Shown: piece by piece, positions 27,588-28,059 of the stretch
How the letters are laid out: each line of letters starts with the position of its first letter
How positions within the stretch are numbered: the stretch's first letter is position 1
DNA from: Candidatus Oleincola secundus
GTDB lineage: Bacteria > Atribacterota > Phoenicimicrobiia > Phoenicimicrobiales > Stramentimicrobiaceae
Length of the DNA: 28,059 nucleotides
Direction: 5' to 3'
Assembly: GCA_018400815.1 (NCBI GenBank)
Contig: JAGYLS010000017.1
Span: forward strand, 1-28,059
Made by a program: the position numbers and the translations under genes
The notes under the pieces: generated by a model
Seen by the model: the letters and a program-made list of their open reading frames with translations, nothing else
The model's database searches: none
What the model was told of the DNA's origin: nothing

Positions 27588-28058
27588 TCATCTATCTTTC
27601 CATATTAATATTCTATTACAATTCGGACATGTTATCAACATGTCATCTCTTTGTAGATGATAAATTATATCACTTGGCAAAGACAGGTTACATCCGCTAC
27701 AGATAGACCCATCAATTTCTACAACAACTTCTCCTTCTTTTTCACCCCATAGCATATTGTATCGGTTTATTAATTCCCTATCATTGATTTTATGAACTAT
27801 CTCTGTTCGTTTCTTCTGCTTTTCCTCTATAATTTTCTTAATTTCTTTGTCCTGTTGATTCACTTCTTTTTGTCTTCGCTGAAGCTGTTCATCTAACTTA
27901 GCCAATTCTTTTTCAGCTTCACTCAAATCTATTTTAAAATCATCTTCTTCATCCATGAGGACTAACAAGCCCTCTTCGATCTTGTCCCGGTCTTTTTTCA
28001 CCAATTCTATGACTTTTTGCAATTGTTTTAATTCCTTGATATCACTTATTTTTCCACC
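27588..28058 (-). CDS. Coiled-coil C4-type zinc-ribbon protein (DUF164/COG1579-like), 5' end outside the window
   Basis: Long coiled coil followed by CSGCNLSLP...TCPNCNRIL; frame open to the window edge (GGKISDIKELKQLQK). Confidence 0.87.
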   Translation of the reverse strand, partial: GGKISDIKELKQLQKVIELVKKDRDKIEEGLLVLMDEEDDFKIDLSEAEKELAKLDEQLQRRQKEVNQQDKEIKKIIEEKQKKRTEIVHKINDRELINRYNMLWGEKEGEVVVEIDGSICSGCNLSLPSDIIYHLQRDDMLITCPNCNRILIWKDR

Positions 28059-28059
28059 A

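Overview
AT-rich bacterial chromosomal window with all supported genes on the minus strand. In transcription order (right to left): a partial C4 zinc-ribbon/coiled-coil gene; RNase P RNA (rnpB); a division/cell-wall cluster (mraZ-rsmH-ftsL-ftsI-murE-murF-mraY-ftsW-murG-murC-murB-ftsQ-ftsA-ftsZ, lacking murD and ddl); an nrdR-nrdD-thioredoxin-nrdG class III ribonucleotide reductase operon with tandem NrdR boxes; and a five-gene flavin/Fe-S amino-acid oxidoreductase operon followed by Liv-type ABC transporter genes. Gene content suggests an anaerobe (possibly Atribacterota-like, an unverified impression). About 3.3 kb (~22.6-25.9 kb; rsmH, ftsL, ftsI, 5' murE) is shattered by indels, most likely sequencing error. 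The most unusual signal is a family of ~200-240 bp non-coding, hairpin-ended repeats. There are three full copies and one partial, and two of them flank ftsZ. They show compensatory changes in a 21-22 bp stem and look like non-autonomous IS200/IS605- or REP-like elements or a structured RNA. Other oddities are a ~300 nt leader with a short uORF abutting a terminator upstream of the oxidoreductase operon, and a palindromic 33 bp direct-repeat pair upstream of rnpB.
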